Source of the DNA: Candidatus Saccharimonadota bacterium
GTDB lineage: Bacteria; Patescibacteriota; Microgenomatia; UBA1406; GWC2-37-13
DNA: 32,000 nucleotides
Reading direction: 5' to 3'
Assembly: GCA_016699265.1 (NCBI GenBank)
Contig: CP064967.1
Coordinates: 780,001-812,000 of the forward strand
Below are positions 31,907 through 32,000 of the stretch, in pieces. A program made the position numbers and the translations under genes. The notes under the pieces were generated by a model. It was not told where the DNA came from. It saw only the letters and a list, made by a program, of their open reading frames with translations, and did no database searches. How positions within the stretch are numbered: the first letter of the stretch is position 1; the number at the start of each line of letters is the position of its first letter.

Positions 31907-32000
31907 CTACCTCAAAGCAACATATAGACCAAGGGACATGATGACTAGACCTATAAATAATCTTGGGCTAATCGCTTCTTTAAGGAGAAAGTATGCGGCA
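31907..32000 (-). CDS. C-terminal end of an EamA/DMT-type transporter (3' fragment; rest is outside the window)
   Basis: The minus frame reads AAYFLLKEAISPRLFIGLVIMSLGLYVALR-TAG (stop 31907-31909), a typical last helix of an EamA domain. It is too short to appear in the ORF track. Confidence 0.4.
   Translation of the reverse strand, partial: AAYFLLKEAISPRLFIGLVIMSLGLYVALR

Noticed and set aside
1-32000. Alternative genetic code (UGA recoded, as in some CPR lineages).
   Set aside because: TGA terminates several genes at family-typical lengths (ispH, ECF sigma, VOC, first MFS). All conserved genes are open without needing UGA read-through.
1-32000. Mobile element, prophage, genomic island, DGR or a known defence system.
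   Set aside because: No integrase, transposase, reverse transcriptase, terminal inverted or direct repeats, tRNA attachment site or nuclease/ATPase defence pairs were seen. Fic and DUF2130 are isolated and degraded.

Overview
AT-rich, very compact bacterial window. It holds about 45 protein-coding genes (most on the minus strand, many overlapping neighbours by 1-14 nt) and one stand-alone 5S rRNA gene. I recognise no tRNA, CRISPR array, transposase, integrase or phage gene. The standard genetic code applies, since TGA ends several conserved-length genes. The gene content suggests a Candidate Phyla Radiation/Patescibacteria-type reduced genome, which is inference only: tandem TrbC/VirB2-like mini-pilins, DUF4012, DUF2079, a three-domain ATP-dependent DNA ligase, many small membrane or secreted orphans, and an unlinked 5S. 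Recognisable genes: EEP nuclease/phosphatase (partial), GT2-MFS-GT2 cluster, ATP-dependent DNA ligase, Fic (frameshifted), UppS, two pilin-like genes, isopentenyl phosphate kinase, IspH, YjbQ, ECF sigma factor, DUF2130 (frameshifted), DUF4012, cyclophilin, second TetA-like MFS, HxlR regulator, LUD-domain protein, VOC/glyoxalase, VKOR, DUF2079, RRM RNA-binding protein, HD phosphohydrolase, DEAD-box helicase, Nudix hydrolase, DUF1653. I did not find a clear-cut novel defence or mobile system. The items most worth a second look are listed here. (1) A translationally coupled yjbQ / orphan (Nudix/IDI-like) / ispH / IPK cassette mixes MEP-type and mevalonate-type terminal steps. (2) An ECF sigma module is built around a pseudo-PP2C / TM / coiled-coil / beta-propeller protein. 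(3) A TATAAT box recurs 5-9 nt upstream of the ATG of first-in-unit genes, implying leaderless mRNAs. (4) Two accessory-type genes (Fic, DUF2130) are each broken only by single-base homopolymer indels; the Fic breaks create an artefactual Fic-tail/ligase fusion ORF. (5) A repeat-structured, SD-less 5' leader precedes the DEAD-box helicase, and an orphan promoter sits in front of about 280 nt of apparently non-coding sequence.
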